A stretch of DNA of 63,431 nt, the filler included, from Chiloscyllium plagiosum (Eukaryota), in NCBI RefSeq assembly GCF_004010195.1. It is 6 parts of one record of this genome, joined end to end, with 100 filler letters (N's around TTAATTAATTAA, not from the genome) between each part and the next. Parts side by side here need not be neighbours in the genome. Positions count along the whole stretch, not along the records: positions 1 to 27,143 come from NC_057710.1; positions 27,244 to 44,822 come from NC_057710.1; 4 more parts are not named here. The stretch is one strand, 5' to 3'. Every line of letters starts with the position of its first letter. The stretch's first letter is position 1. The translations under genes were made by a program, and so were the position numbers. Below the pieces are notes generated by a model. It did no database searches. It was given only the letters and a program-made list of their open reading frames with translations, and had not been told where the DNA came from. This document shows, one piece after another, positions 26,421 through 39,406 of this stretch.

Positions 26421-27596
26421 GTTGTGAAACTTGAAAGGGTTCAGAAAAGATTTACAAGGATGTTGCCAGGGTTGGAGGATTTGAGCTACAGGGAGAGGCT
26501 GAACAGGCTGGGGCTGTTTTCCCTGGAGCGTCGGAGGCTGAGGGGTGACCTTATAGAGGTTTACAAAATCATGAGGAGCTTAGATAATGTAAATCGTCAA
26601 AATTTTTTCCCTGGGGCTGGGGAGTCCAGAACTAGAGGGCATAGGTTTAGGGTGAGAGGGGAAAGATATTAAAGGGACCTAAGGGGCAACATTTTCACTC
26701 AGAGGATGGTACGTGTGTGGAATGAGCTGCCAGAGGAAGTGGTGGAGGCTGGTACAGTTATGAATAGGAAGGGGTTTAAAGGGATGTGGGCCAAGTGCTG
26801 GCAGATGGGACTAGATGAAGTTAGGATATTTCGATGGGAGGGATGAGTTGGAGCAAAGCGTTTGTTTCCGTGCTGTACATCTCTGACTCTGTGACTTCAC
26901 TTTAGAAGTCAGGAAGTCATGCCTTTAGCTCCAGCAGCAGCAGCAGAAACCTTCTCACTTACTGAAAACAAAGCTTCAAACCTTCCTGAATACAACCCTG
27001 AAAAACTGTGGATGTTCTGGAATTTTTTGAGGATGTAACTCTGAAGATAGACGAGGGAGATCCAGTGGATGTAGTGTACCTGGACTTTCAGAAAGCTTTT
27101 GATAAAGTCCCACATAGGAGGTTAGTGAGCAAACTTAGGGCGCNNNNNNNNNNNNNNNNNNNNNNNNNNNNNNNNNNNNNNNNNNNNTTAATTAATTAAN
27201 NNNNNNNNNNNNNNNNNNNNNNNNNNNNNNNNNNNNNNNNNNNGGTGACTTGATAGAGGTGTACAAGATGATTAGGGGTTTAGATAGGGTTGACCGTGAG
27301 AACCTTTTTCCACGTATGGAGTCAGCTATTACGAGGGGGCATAGCTTTAAATTAAGAGGTGGTAGGTATAGGACAGATGTTAGGGGTAGGTTCTTTACTC
27401 AGCGAGTCGTGAGTTCATGGAATGCCCTGACAGTAGCAGTGGTGGACTCTCCCTCTTTTTGGGCATTTTAGCGGGCATTGGATAGGCATATGGAGGATAG
27501 TGGGCTAGTGTAGGTTAGGTGGGCTTGGATCGGTGCAACATCGAGAGGCCGAAGGGCCTGTACTGCGCTGTATTCTTCTATGTTCTATGTTCTATG
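26420..27596 (+). mobile_element. CR1 fragments on both sides of a spacer
   Basis: KLERVQKRFTRMLPG, YLDFQKAFDKVPH and a tail (TTCTATG)n. Confidence 0.85.
27144..27243. other. Artificial scaffold spacer (44N-TTAATTAATTAA-44N); also at 44823-44922, 53641-53740, 57884-57983 and 62326-62425
   Basis: The same 100-nt construct occurs five times, and the 12-mer gives stops in all six frames. Confidence 0.97.
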
Positions 27597-28278
27597 ATTT
27601 TTTAGTTTAAAAAGAAGCATCCAGGGAGAACTCTAGGCTGTTTACCGACTGCCTTTCTAATGGAGTTATTCGAGCCCCACTGTGATTTTCCTGCTCCTCG
27701 GATGTTGCCTGACCTGCTGTGCTTTTCCAGCACCACTCTAGCCTTGGCCCCACTGTGACAAAAGCCCTCTGTAGGAGATAAAGCACAGAACACGGCTCTC
27801 TGAAAGGCACTGAACCATCACACCAGTGTAACCGCATCCCTCCTGTAGTGTGGATTACAGACCTGCACACAATACACTTGCTGGGGCCTATAATCTGACA
27901 GCATCACCTCCCTGCTCTTAAACACTATACCTCTACTAGTCAAGGCAAGTTGGCTTCTTTACCATTTTATTCAGCTGTCCTGATACCTTAAGAGACCAGT
28001 GAACATGTCCACCAAGGTCTGTCTGATTCCCAGTGCTTCCCAGGCTCCTAATCTTGGATTCCCTTGCCTTGTATGGCCAGCATGAGTGTATCATCCCATA
28101 ATTATCCCGATTGAATTCCATTTGCCACTGATCAATCCATCTGACCAAGCCATCACAATCCTCTGATCCTTTTCCTAGAGATCTCGTTTCACTTTTTCTA
28201 AAATTTGTCACTGTTTGTTATTCTGTAAATCTAATTAATGTTACTGAAGAGTGTTCACTGTTGTGGGTTTTGTTTCAG

Positions 28279-28390
28279 GTTTGTAACTATTTTGATCACT
28301 GTCACTGTGAAATGGGCTGGTCTCCTCCATTCTGTGATGTTGAAGGGGTTGCTGGCAGTTTTGAGAGTGGACCATTGGTTGAGATCCCAG
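28279..28390 (+). CDS. ADAM exon: EGF-like domain and GSxxSGP linker
   Basis: Acceptor ttttgtttcag| and donor |gtaaac, phase 0 to 1. Encodes [37 protein letters not shown], matching the ADAM consensus VCN...CHCExxWxPPxC...GSxDSGP. Confidence 0.94.
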
Positions 28391-28759
28391 GTAAACATTT
28401 CAGTTCCTGTGCTCTTTCCCATCTACACATTCTCCCTGCTGTGTCTTTCTCTGCTGTTTCTCCACGTCAGCTCCACTTGTACCATGAAGCATATTTACGA
28501 GGTTTCTGAAACACAAATTAAACGAGCCACTTCAGCAGGATAAATGAAGCAGAAAAGAACTTTAAAAAGAAATTGGGAGTCCTCCCACAGTCCAAAGATG
28601 TGCAGGTTAGGTGAATTGGCCATGCTAAATTGCCCATAGTGTTAGGTAAGGGGTAAATGTAGGGGTATGGGTGGGTTGCGCTTCGGCGGGTCAGTGTGGA
28701 CTTGTTGGGCCGAAGGGCCTGTTTCCACACTGTAAAGTAATCTAATCTAAAAAAAAGCT

Positions 28760-31700
28760 CGAGCAAGCCAGAAGATGACCTTGGTAAATAGGATTAAGGA
28801 AAATATTAGGAGCATATTAGGAGCCAGAGGGTAGCTAGGAAAAGGGTAGGCTCACTCAGGATAAAGCAGGGAATTATACATGGAGCCAGAGGCAGTGGAT
28901 GAGATCCTTCATGAATATTTTACTTCAGTACTCACCAATAAGAAGGATATGGATAACAGTAAGGTTAGGGAGAGGTACATTGATATTCCAGGGCAGGTTA
29001 ATATTAAGAAGGAGGCAGTGTTGAAAGGGTGTATTGAAAAGTGTATTTTTAAGGTTGATATGTCCCCAAGGCCTGATGGGATCTATCCCAGGATACTAAG
29101 GGAGGCAACGGAGAAGATAACTGAGGCCTCAACAAAGTTATTTATACGCTCTTCAGCCTCAGGTGAAATCCCAGACAAACGGAGAATAACCAATGTTGTT
29201 CCTTTGATTAAAAAGGATAACATGGATAATCCAGGAAATTACAGTCCAGTGAGCCTTACCTCAGTGGTAGGGAAATGACTGGAAAATTATTTTTAGGGAT
29301 AGTATTTACTTGTTTTTGGAGAAGACTAGACTTATTTGGGATAGTCAGCGTGGCTTTGCGCAGGGGAGGTTATGTCTCAGAAATTTGATTGAATGTTTTG
29401 AGGAAGTAGAAAGATGACTGATGAAGGCAGAGCGATAAATGTCATGCATATGGACGTTGGGAAAGCCTTTGACAAAGTCCCTCATGGCAGGCTGATGCAA
29501 AGGGGAATTCACATGGGGTTTGTAGCGAGCTGGTAAGATAGATGAAGAACTGCCTTTGTCATAGAAAACTGTCAGAGGAAGCATGTTTTTCTGAGTGAAG
29601 ATCTGTGACCCGGTGGTGTTCCATATACAGAGGGAGGTAAGTGCCAGAGGCAATGGCAACATTTTAAGAAACATCTTGAAAAATATATGAATATCTGTGA
29701 GGCACTGCTGCCTCACGGCGCCAGGGACCTGGGTTTGATTTCAGCCTCGGGCATCTGTGTGGAGTTTGTGCATTCTCCCTGTGCCTGTGTGGGTTTCCTC
29801 CTGGTGCTCCGGTTTCCTCCCACAGTCCAAAGGTGTGCAGGTTAGGTGAATTGGCCATGCTAAGTTGCCCACAGTGTCCAGGGACATGCACATTAGGTGC
29901 ATTAGTCAGGGGTAAATGTAAAGTAATAGGATAAAGGAAAGGGTCTGGGAGGATCGGTGTAGACTTGTTGGGCTGAATGGCCTGTTTCCACACTATAGGA
30001 ATTCTTAAGAAAAAGGCAGGGAATAAAGAGATATGGACTGTGTGGAGGCAAAAGGCTTTTAGTTCAGAAAGGTATGGGTACAGTCTTGGTGGCCAAAGGG
30101 TCTGTTCCTGTGCTGTACTGTTCTTCGTTCTTTGAATCCATGGTGAGTTGGTAATTTTAATACAATAGAAGACAGAGGTTCATCCTAGAGGGATATTTTT
30201 CTGACTGAAGACCTGTAACCAAGGGTATTCCACAAGGATCACTGCTGGGACTCCTGTTGTTTGTAATTTCTATTAAAGATTTGGAAGAAAATTCTGATCA
30301 GTTAGTTGGCAGATGGTACAAAAATTGGTGGAGTCGTGGATAGTGAAGAAGGTTATTAAATGGTTTTGGTGCCTGGCATGTGCTGTGCAGGGAGGTAGTC
30401 GAAGCAGATAGCAACATTTAAAAGGCATTTAGATCATCACATGAACAGGTAGAGAATAGAGGGATATGAACCATGTGGAGAAACAGACTGGGAGAAATTT
30501 AATCTTCAGCAGAGGAGAACAAAGAGTTTATTTCAGAAAATAGAATATGGAAGTAAGCTTGTGGAAAACATACAAACTGACTGTAAAAGCTTCTGTAAAT
30601 ACATGAAGAGAAAAAGCCTGGTGAAGACAAACGTAGGTCCCTTCCAGTTAGAATCAGGTGAATTCCTAATGGCCAACAAGGAGCTGGCAGAGCAGCTGAA
30701 CAAATACTTTGGATCTGTCTTCACTGAGAAGGAAACAAATCACCTTCAGGAAATGCCAGAGGACAGAGAGTCAAGCATGAAGGAGGAACTGAAGGGAATC
30801 CTTATTAACCAGGAAATGGGATTGGGGAAATTGATGGGATTAAACCCATAAGGTCCCAGAGCCTGCTGCTCTACATCCCAGAATACTCAAGGAATGGTCC
30901 TAGAAATAGCAGACACAGTGGTGATCATTTTCCAGCACTCTGTCATCTCTGGAAGAGTTCCAATGGAGTGGAGGGTCGCTAATGTAACCCCACTCTTTAA
31001 AAAAGGAAGGAGAGAGAAAATGAGGAGTTATCGGCCAGTTAGCCTGAGATCGGTGGTGGGGACAATGCTGGAGGCAATTTAGTCCATATCCCTCTAAACC
31101 CTTCCTATCCAAGTTTTTTGTAAATGTTGCTATTTTACCTGCCTCGACCATTTTCTCTGGCAGCCCATTCCATATACTCACCACTCTCTGCGTGAAGAAG
31201 TTACCCCTCAGGGCCTTCTTAAATCTTTCCTCTCTCACTTCAAACCTATGCCTTCGAGTTTACAATTCCCCATCCCTGGGAAAAAGACTGTATATATTCA
31301 TCCTATCCTATGCCCCTCATGATTTTATACACCTCAATAAGGCCACTCCTCATTCCCCTACATTCCAAGGAATAAGGTCCTATCCTGGCCAGCCTCTCCC
31401 TATAACTCAGGCCTACTAGTCCTGGCAATATCCTTGTAAACCCTCTTTGCACTCTTTCCAGTTTAACTATGTCTTTCCTATAACACGGTGACCAAAACTG
31501 GACACAATACTCCAAGTGTGGCCTCACCAATGACTTATACAACTGTAACATAACGTCCCAACTCCTGATGCCTTGACGGATGAGGACCAGCATGCTCAAT
31601 ACCTTATTCACCGCCCTGTCCAGCTGTGACACTGCTTTCAACAAACTGTATACTTGTACAAAGTTAAAAATCACACAACAGCAGGTTATAGTCCAACAGG

Positions 31701-32310
31701 TTTAATTGGAAGCACACTAGCTTTTGGAGCGTCACTCCTTCATCAGGTGATAATGTAGGAGGAGTAAGTTTGGGTGGGATACTCTTTGGAGAATCAGTGT
31801 GGACTTGTTGGGCCGAATGGCCTATTTCCACACAATAGGGATTCTATTCTAACCAAATTATTGTATAATCCGTTATTTGTTATTGACAAAAATGACCTGG
31901 ATGTGAATGTACAAAGCATGATTATAAAGTTTGTGGATGATACAAATTGAGGAGGTATCAGGTGTGATTTTTAACTTTGTACACCCCAGTCCAACACCGG
32001 CATCTCCAAATCATGTATACTTGTACTCCTAGGTCCCTCTGTTCTACAACACACCACGGGAGTTTACCATTTACTGGATAAGTCCTACCTTGGGTTGATT
32101 CTCTAAAGTGCAACACGTCACATTATTCTATATTGAATTGCATTTGCCAATCCTCAGCCCACTTCCCCATCTGATCAAGGTCCCTCTGTAATTTTTGATA
32201 ACCCTCCTCACTATCAACGATACCTCCTCAATTTGTATCATCCACAAACTTTCTAATCATGCTTTGTACATTCACATCCAGGTCATTTTTGGTCAATAAC
32301 AAATAACGAA
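28760..32310. mobile_element. Cluster of decayed CR1 fragments (plus strand to ~31080, then minus)
   Basis: DGIYPRILRE, PGNYSPVSLTSVVGK and [13 protein letters not shown]. Confidence 0.85.
29698..30005 (+). mobile_element. HE1/V-SINE
   Basis: Same head, V-domain and tail as the 55017 element. Confidence 0.85.
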
Positions 32311-32329
32311 TTATACAATAATTTGGATA

Positions 32330-32678
32330 GAATAGAATCCCTATTGTGTGGAAACAGGCCATTTGGCCCAACAAATCCACACTGATTCTCCAAAGAGCAT
32401 CCCACCCAAACTTACTCCTCCCACCCTATGACCCTGTATTTCTCATGGCTAATCCACCTAACCTACATATCCTTGGACACTAGGGCTAATTTAGCATGGC
32501 CAATCCACCCTAGCCTACTCATCTTTGCACTGTGGCAGGAATCTGGAGCACCTGGTGAAATCCACACAGACATGGGGAGAACGTACAAACTCCACACAGT
32601 CACCCAGGACTGGAACTGAACCCGGTTCCCTGGCTCTGTGAGGCAGCAATGCTTACCACTGAGTCACCATGCTGCCCC
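32330..32678 (-). mobile_element. HE1/V-SINE
   Basis: Reverse complement of the same family. Confidence 0.85.
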
Positions 32679-33104
32679 AAAGGCTGGGCTTATTTTCTGG
32701 AGCATAAGAAATTGAGGGTTGAATTTACAGAAGCTTATAACATCATGAGGTTCATAGATAAGGTGAACACCAAAGGTCTTTTCCCAGTGTGGAGGAGGTC
32801 AAAACTATGCGGCATATTTTGAAGATGAGAAGTTAATGAATTGAAAGGGACCTGAGAGGCAAGTTTTTTATACAGAGGGCGGATCATATGTGGGATGAAC
32901 TGCCACAGGAAGTTGTAGTTGCAGGTACATTAACAACATTTAAAAGGCATTTGCACAGGGACAATGAATTGGAAAAGATTAGAGGGATATGGGTCAAATG
33001 CAGGCAAATGGGACTAGTTTAGTTTGGGAAACTTGGTCGTTATGGATGAGTTGGACCGAAGGGTCTGTTTCGTGTCGTATGACTATATGTGTCTAAATTC
33101 AGCT

Positions 33105-33385
33105 AATCTGGTGGCTGGCTGGGTTCAAACCCCACCGTAGCAGGCGGTGGAATTTGAATGAAATAAAAACTCTGGAATTAAGAGTCTGATGATAAACATG
33201 TCGATTGTCAGAAAATCCCATCAGGCTCCTTTTAGGGAAGGACATTTATCATCCTGATGTGGTCTGGTCTACATGTGGCTAAAAACCCATTGCAATTTCA
33301 TTGAGTCGTAACTGCCCTCTGGGCAATTAGAGATGGGCAATAAATACTGACCTAGCCAGAGCTGCTTATATCCCAAGAGAACTAA
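33105..33385 (+). mobile_element. Second tRNA-derived SINE family (Deu-SINE/SacSINE1-like)
   Basis: B box GGTTCAAACC, central CCTTTTAGGGAAGG, and tail GGGCAATTAGAGATGGGCAATAAATACTG shared with the second LINE family. Confidence 0.55.
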
Positions 33386-34069
33386 AAAAGATTTCAAGAG
33401 CAGAGAGAAAAGAGAAATCTCATTGTAATCAGGGATAGTATAGTCAGGGAATAGACACAGTTCTCTGTGAGCAGGATTGAGTCCTGTCTGGTATCAGTGA
33501 GGATAGGTTTGTTGGTTAGTGATGGGCCTGATTGCCACCAGAAAACCAAAGGGACAGAATGTGTGAATGTCAGGTTGCACCTTAAAAGTGGAGGGACATT
33601 CAATACTAGAACAAACTGAAAGGCATTGTGTCTTCATCCTTGAAGATCTGGATTACTGCAGATCATCACGCTGTGCTCTGGTCATCTTTCTTCGCCTTTT
33701 GTCGCCTGACACAAGGCTGACCTGAGCACTCATCCCAGACCTTACACTTACACAACATCCCAAAGTGTATTACTTTGTAGTTATATATTCATACCCTTTG
33801 AGACCTACTGGTCTCACACAAAGAAAGGACACAATGAGGCTAGTACTTCAGAACCCAATTCATGTAGCTGCAGGCCCGATAATGGGCAGAAGAACATTTA
33901 GAAGTTCAGTTCTCAAAGGGTTCTTCCTCTATCCCTGGAGTTTCCAAGCCAAAAACCCTCCCCCATTGTCTAGAACAGGAAAAAAACAAACAAGAAACTC
34001 TGACAGGCTAAGTTTAAGGCAAAAAGAAACAGAAAAAAAAATTCAAAAAGTCATTCAACAAGCCGTCAG

Positions 34070-35250
34070 CACTTCAGTGGACAGCAGGTCATAACAAGAA
34101 AGTGTTGGAACCTTTTCTGCAATGGGGGACAACTCAGGAGAGACCGGCCCAATGAGGATTTGCTTTGCAGCGATGCGCACTGATAAAAGACTTAATGAGA
34201 AGTAAAGCACAGCATAGCACAACATTAAGGACAAGTCACACAACAGCAGCAACGATTCCAATCTTGGCAAACCAACCCCTCCCCCAACCTCCGCAGACAC
34301 TGTCTATCCAGTCAAAGAACTGATGACCAGGCCCCACATTTTCCTTAAGCTCTCTTCTCAGATCTCTCAGCTTATCCATTGCCTTAGTAAATAACCCCTC
34401 AGGACTAGTGTTATTAGGTATGAAGGTACAGCAATGTTCCCCAAACATGACACAGACACCACCTTTCCTAGACAACAGCCAGTCCATGACCTGCCTAGTT
34501 TGCCATGCCATTTTGCTGGTCATATCCAACTGCTCCCCTAATACTGAGAGGGCATTATCAGTGTAATTAATAAATCTCTGCTGGTTAGAGTCAATATAAT
34601 TAATCCATTCAGCATTCTTGCTAACACCAATGGCAGGGATAAGTGTTCCCCAGCCTACAGTAATCTCGTTTCTGGCCTTGACTTCATAAGGGATGCCCCT
34701 TGCCTGCCCTGTACTGTTACTGTGGATCACCGAGTCAGGGACGTAATCTTTCCTGTGGCGATGCAGTATTCGTTGAAGTGGTGTGTCAAACTGAGCCTTT
34801 GGGGAGATAACAATTTCCTGTAGTAGTATCCCTCAGGTGCAGGGGAAGTGTTGGCCTCAATCCCACTTCCATGCCACATAACCGCCAGGTACCTGCTAAC
34901 GGGATAGGCTGGGCATTGAATGCATCATCTAGGGGTGGGACACCTGCACGAGTGTGACGTCCCATGTCCGGATGCACTTACCCACAAAGTGGCCAATCAG
35001 CACACCGCGTGAAACACTCATAGGCCAAATGGTGATGGAGGCCATGGGCCTGTACTGGTCTTTGCAGGTAGACCAAGGAGTACTGTCATTACATTCTCAA
35101 TGAGTTCACTTCGTTCATATTGGGACATTGCCTGGTACAACAGATGGCAATTTGGGCAATAGGGCATATTGCTAGGACAATTGAGCTAACACGGGTCATT
35201 GATGAGGCAGTGCTTTCTTCTACAAGGCGTAATCACATCGGGGCATTGCC
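34070..35250 (-). pseudogene. env: ERV env (SU remnant and TM)
   Basis: Basic cleavage-like HRHRKD, then RGIPYEVKARNEI...KNAEWINYI..NQQRFINYT, an ISD-like QTRQVMDWLLSRKGG, the CX6CC motif CVMFGEHCC and TFIPNNTSPEG. The hydrophobic anchor is interrupted by TGA at 34236-34238 and SU is frameshifted. Confidence 0.92.
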
Positions 35251-35253
35251 CTA

Positions 35254-35660
35254 TCATATTGACTTCTGTACATTTGTTAAAACATTCACAACCGTTCCAG
35301 CACCTGAATCTTCTGAGGGTGTTGCCTCCACCCATCTATTGAATCTATCAACCACCACCAACATATATCTGTCTCTCACTGTCTTTATCACATCCACATA
35401 GTCAATCACCGAATGTTCAAACAGCCCTTCAGGTACTGGTATGTGACCTCTCGGGCTCAATATTCCCTTTCTAACATTGTTCTGAGCACATACTTCGCAT
35501 TGTGACAGGATGTAATCTGTTGTCTTGTTCCCAGTCCCAAAGGTGTAATGCTGGGTCCTGCCTGTCTCCACTTCCAGGGTCCCCTTGGGAAACAGTTGCT
35601 CAACAGTGGTTGCTGGGTGGGCATCTGAGGTAGGTTCTGAGCCCAGTGGGTATCCTGCTC
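35254..35660 (-). pseudogene. pol: ERV integrase N-terminal half
   Basis: Zn-finger CEVCAQNN, GHIPVPEGLFEHSVIDYVD (first catalytic Asp) and YMLVVVDRFNRWVEATP. Truncated before the rest of the DDE core. Confidence 0.9.
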
Positions 35661-37761
35661 CCAATCTACCCTGTCAGGGCTGGCACACGGCATTTGGGAT
35701 CGTGAGGACGCTGGACATAATCAGTTTTACCTGTAACTTGCATCATGGTTTGGTCTGGTTCTGGCCATTCCAATAGAAAACCACTGCTCACCTCATGTGC
35801 GACTGGAAAATGCTGGACTAGTTCATACTGTTTGTCCAGATCATGTCAGCGACACCAGGAGGAAAACATTGCAAAAGCATCGGCTTAAACAAAGGTGAAT
35901 CAGCTTCTCGATTATTTTTCAATTGTGGGCTGTATACCACTGCCATCAGACAGCTGGCCATTTATTTCAGTCTCACAACACAAGCCATTCTTATTCAGGC
36001 CACTCCCAGAATTCTGCTGCCTTTACATCTGTATTGTCCCGTGGACGTATGAGCAAATTGGGCCAGTTTCTCCTTGTGGTCAGGGGCTTGGTTCATTAAC
36101 ATTACTCTGATTCCCAGGATGGCCCCTGCTTTAGGATGGTTCAGGCCTCTGATCCCCATGGTATCGGCTCTGAAGCTGTTTACCGGTACTGAACCCTTCA
36201 TCTTCAGAGTAAGGGAAGGTTTATAATCAGAGGGGTGTGCTGGGGACTGTCAGGAGATGTTAGGGGCTCAATGGGTATCCTGGAATAAAACCCCCATCCC
36301 TCATCCCTATCAGTGTCATCCCCTTGTCAGTAGGATCAGTATGCCAGACATAGACTAGGGATTCTGAGTAGAATGTAAGTTCTTTTTATTTTACAGTGTT
36401 GTTGCTTTAACCCCGTTTGTATATTCCTCAGCCTTAGTGGCATTCCACTGTTTCTCCTGTTCCCCATTCACAGTCAGCTTTTAACCTCTCCCATCTGCTG
36501 TACATAACTTCTATCCCCCAATCACAGGCAGAATTGCTCCAACCAGCCAGTAAGGATTCTTTCCATTTACTATCGGCTTCATCCTTCCATTCTTTAATAA
36601 ATAATTAATCAATGCAATCACACAGGTCACTGACAATGTATAAAGGTATAAAGCTAATCGATCCTGCCAATTCACTCTGATTTTGTGATTCAGGCTAATA
36701 CAATTGGTTATTTTAAAAAAAAACTAATATAATCATTATCTGTAATTTAGAGGTGGAAACTGAACAAGTGATTAAGACATTTTAAAAGTCATCAATATAA
36801 ACTGGAAATTCATTTATTCAAAAATCAATTTTAAAATATAAAATTTTATACATTTTAAGCAACCTAGACCAGTCATTGCTCATTTACAATGCTGTATGCT
36901 GTGAAATAACTGCAGCAGCATTAAAAGGTCTTGTCTACTCACATGGCAACAAAATACTTTGAATGCACAAATAATGGCCGAATCCAGAGAAACAGATATT
37001 AACAATAAGCTTTGTTACATGATTTCCACAACATAATGTTCAACCAAAACTTCAATTCTCAGTGAGAGAGGGAAATTGAAATAGAATACAGCTGTGACTG
37101 GCACTCCACCGTCACCGATGAGATGCAGCAGTCTTAAATGGAAACAAACAAGTCTGAAACTAAAATAAATGAAGTCTACCAGTCTAATTTTCTGAAAGCA
37201 ATATTGTTTGTTTGGAATATTTTGGATCGATCTTTATACTTTCAATTTTATTAGATTTAACTAAATTCTGTAAAGTCCATTTAATTCCTCCACTCAATGA
37301 GCAAATGTTAAAGTCAGAGGTGATTTTCCTCAATGTTGGGTTTGAATTATTATTACACAAAAATTGAGCAGAGACCTGCTGAGGCCAGGATTTACAGTGC
37401 TATGGCTTTTACTGCCTTTGGTCAATTCGTTTATTAGTCCAACACCTGGGAGTGAAAGGGGTGAAACAATAGCATGAACTTATGGGAGATTTGAGAGCAG
37501 GTTTATACTGGGGTCAAATTGTAATATCATCTTCCTCCTCTTCTTCATCGGCTGTCATGTCAACATAAAATGTGGCTAGTTAGAAATTGACAGTAGGGCA
37601 GTCATGGTCTGTAAGGAAAATGAGTGGGTTAATGTTTCATTAATATTACCTTTTTCTTCCAAAATTTTCTCTCTCTCACTTCGTCTCTCTCTCTCTTCCT
37701 CATACACACACATATATGAACATTTTCTAGCTTTCTTCCTGTCTCCATTTATAGCTTTAGT

Positions 37762-39406
37762 TTATTCCTTGCTTGTGAGGGTAATGAGGTACTCACATTC
37801 CAGAACAGTTAGAGAGTTTAGCCTCATCAATCCTGGCTGTGACACATAGCTGCTGAACCAAGTGGGTGTAATCGAGATACATCTCAGCGGTTCCATTTGC
37901 AATTCTAACAATATTTTCAAAGTAAATTGTTCATGCCTCTGCATTAGCCTGCAACTGAACTTCAGGAGCCCTGTCCCCTGTAATAGCAGTGCCTTTACAT
38001 TTCCCATACCCAACAATAGTCCTGTGGTTTGGTCATCAAAGGCTCTAATCCACTTTCCTGCACTTTCATGTATACTGAGCAATAAATTTCACAGATCCCA
38101 CCCCTCGCCCTCCCCCCCACTACCATTTTAAGAGCAGGACTACCATTCCTTTTTCATGTGGGAGCTCTTCCAGGGAATCCCATTTCGGAACCTGACCCTG
38201 ATTCCACCCTCATCCAGGGAATCCCATTTCGGAACCTGACCCTGATTCCACCCTCATCCAGGGAATGCCATTTCGGATCCTGGCCCTGATTCCACCCTCA
38301 TCCAGGGAATCCCATTTCGGAACCTGACCCTGATTCCACCCTCGTCCAGGGAATGCCATTTCGGAACCTGACCCTGATTCCACCCTCGTCCAGGGAATCC
38401 CATTTCGGATCCTGACCCTGATTCCACCCTCATCCAGGGAATCCCATTTCGGATCCTGACCCTGATTCCACCCTCATCCAGGGAATCCCCTTTCGGATCC
38501 TGACCCTGATCCTATCTCCAACTCTCTCCCAGCTGTCTCCTGCTGGTTCTCTTGTGTACATGCTATGCTCCTCCCTTTTTTCCCTTCCATGGGTCACCTT
38601 CCCTCGGACCCCCCATTCAATACTCCTTTATAGTTTAGAATGTTCTCGGGCTATTTTTGTTCTGGTACTGTCCGCAGTAACCTGTGTTCCTCCTCCAAAT
38701 TCTCCTTTTGTGTTTTTGTTTTTTCTACTTCCTCTGGTAACATTTTTCTTTGGTTCTGCATTTCCTTGATTAACCCCTTCACTTCCTCCCTACTCAGGTT
38801 CAATTTAGCTTCATCGTCATTGTTCTCAACCCATGCAATTTCTCTTTCTATTTCCTCCATTCCCTTTATGAAAGGACATTGCTCAGTGTTTTGTGTTTGA
38901 GTAGGAAGGGTCTGTCGAGCCTGGATACAAAGGAAGTTTCTGGATTAGAGTGGTGCTGGAAAAGCACAGCAGTTCAGACAGCATCCAAGGAGCAGGAAAA
39001 TCGATGTTTCTGGAAAAGCCCTTTACCTTTTTACCTACAAAGGAAGTTTGTCTTCCAGACCTTCGGTTTCCACAGGCTGCGCTTGTTGATCCTTGACAGC
39101 TTGCCTGGTCACTACAGGGGCCTGGTACGCTCTTATCAGTTTCTCTCCCTCTTGTCTGAAAAGTTTTAAAATGTCTACCTCCTGTTCCCTTTTCTGATTC
39201 CTCTTATTAGAATCATCTTTTGTTTAGTGAGTTTTAATTAATCCCTCCATTTCATCATGAATGTTTATATCAAAGGTGCCTGATTTTGGCCACTTAGTTA
39301 ATAGGTTCTTTGTTCTTTTTTCCCATTTCTCAGAGATCCTCATGATGTAATGTTTTGATACAGGGAATCTTTTACCCAATATTCCAACTACTGTTCCTTT
39401 ATTCAT
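37762..39406 (-). pseudogene. gag: ERV gag (matrix, coiled-coil region, capsid start), disrupted
   Basis: Matrix-type motif KWPKSGTFD and capsid-like IHESAGKWIRAFDDQTTGLLLGMGNVKALL. Contains stops, a TE insertion and a 44-bp tandem array. Confidence 0.75.
38171..38511. repeat. 44-bp minisatellite, ~7.7 near-identical copies, inside ERV gag
   Basis: Unit CAGGGAATCCCATTTCGGAACCTGACCCTGATTCCACCCTCATC starts at 38171, 38215 ... 38479. Confidence 0.95.

Noticed and set aside
33430..33815. Defined 3' LTR of the ERV
   Set aside because: A PPT-like tract and a small hairpin (GAGACC-TACT-GGTCTC) are present, but no matching 5' LTR, PBS or TSD is visible, so it is not annotated separately.
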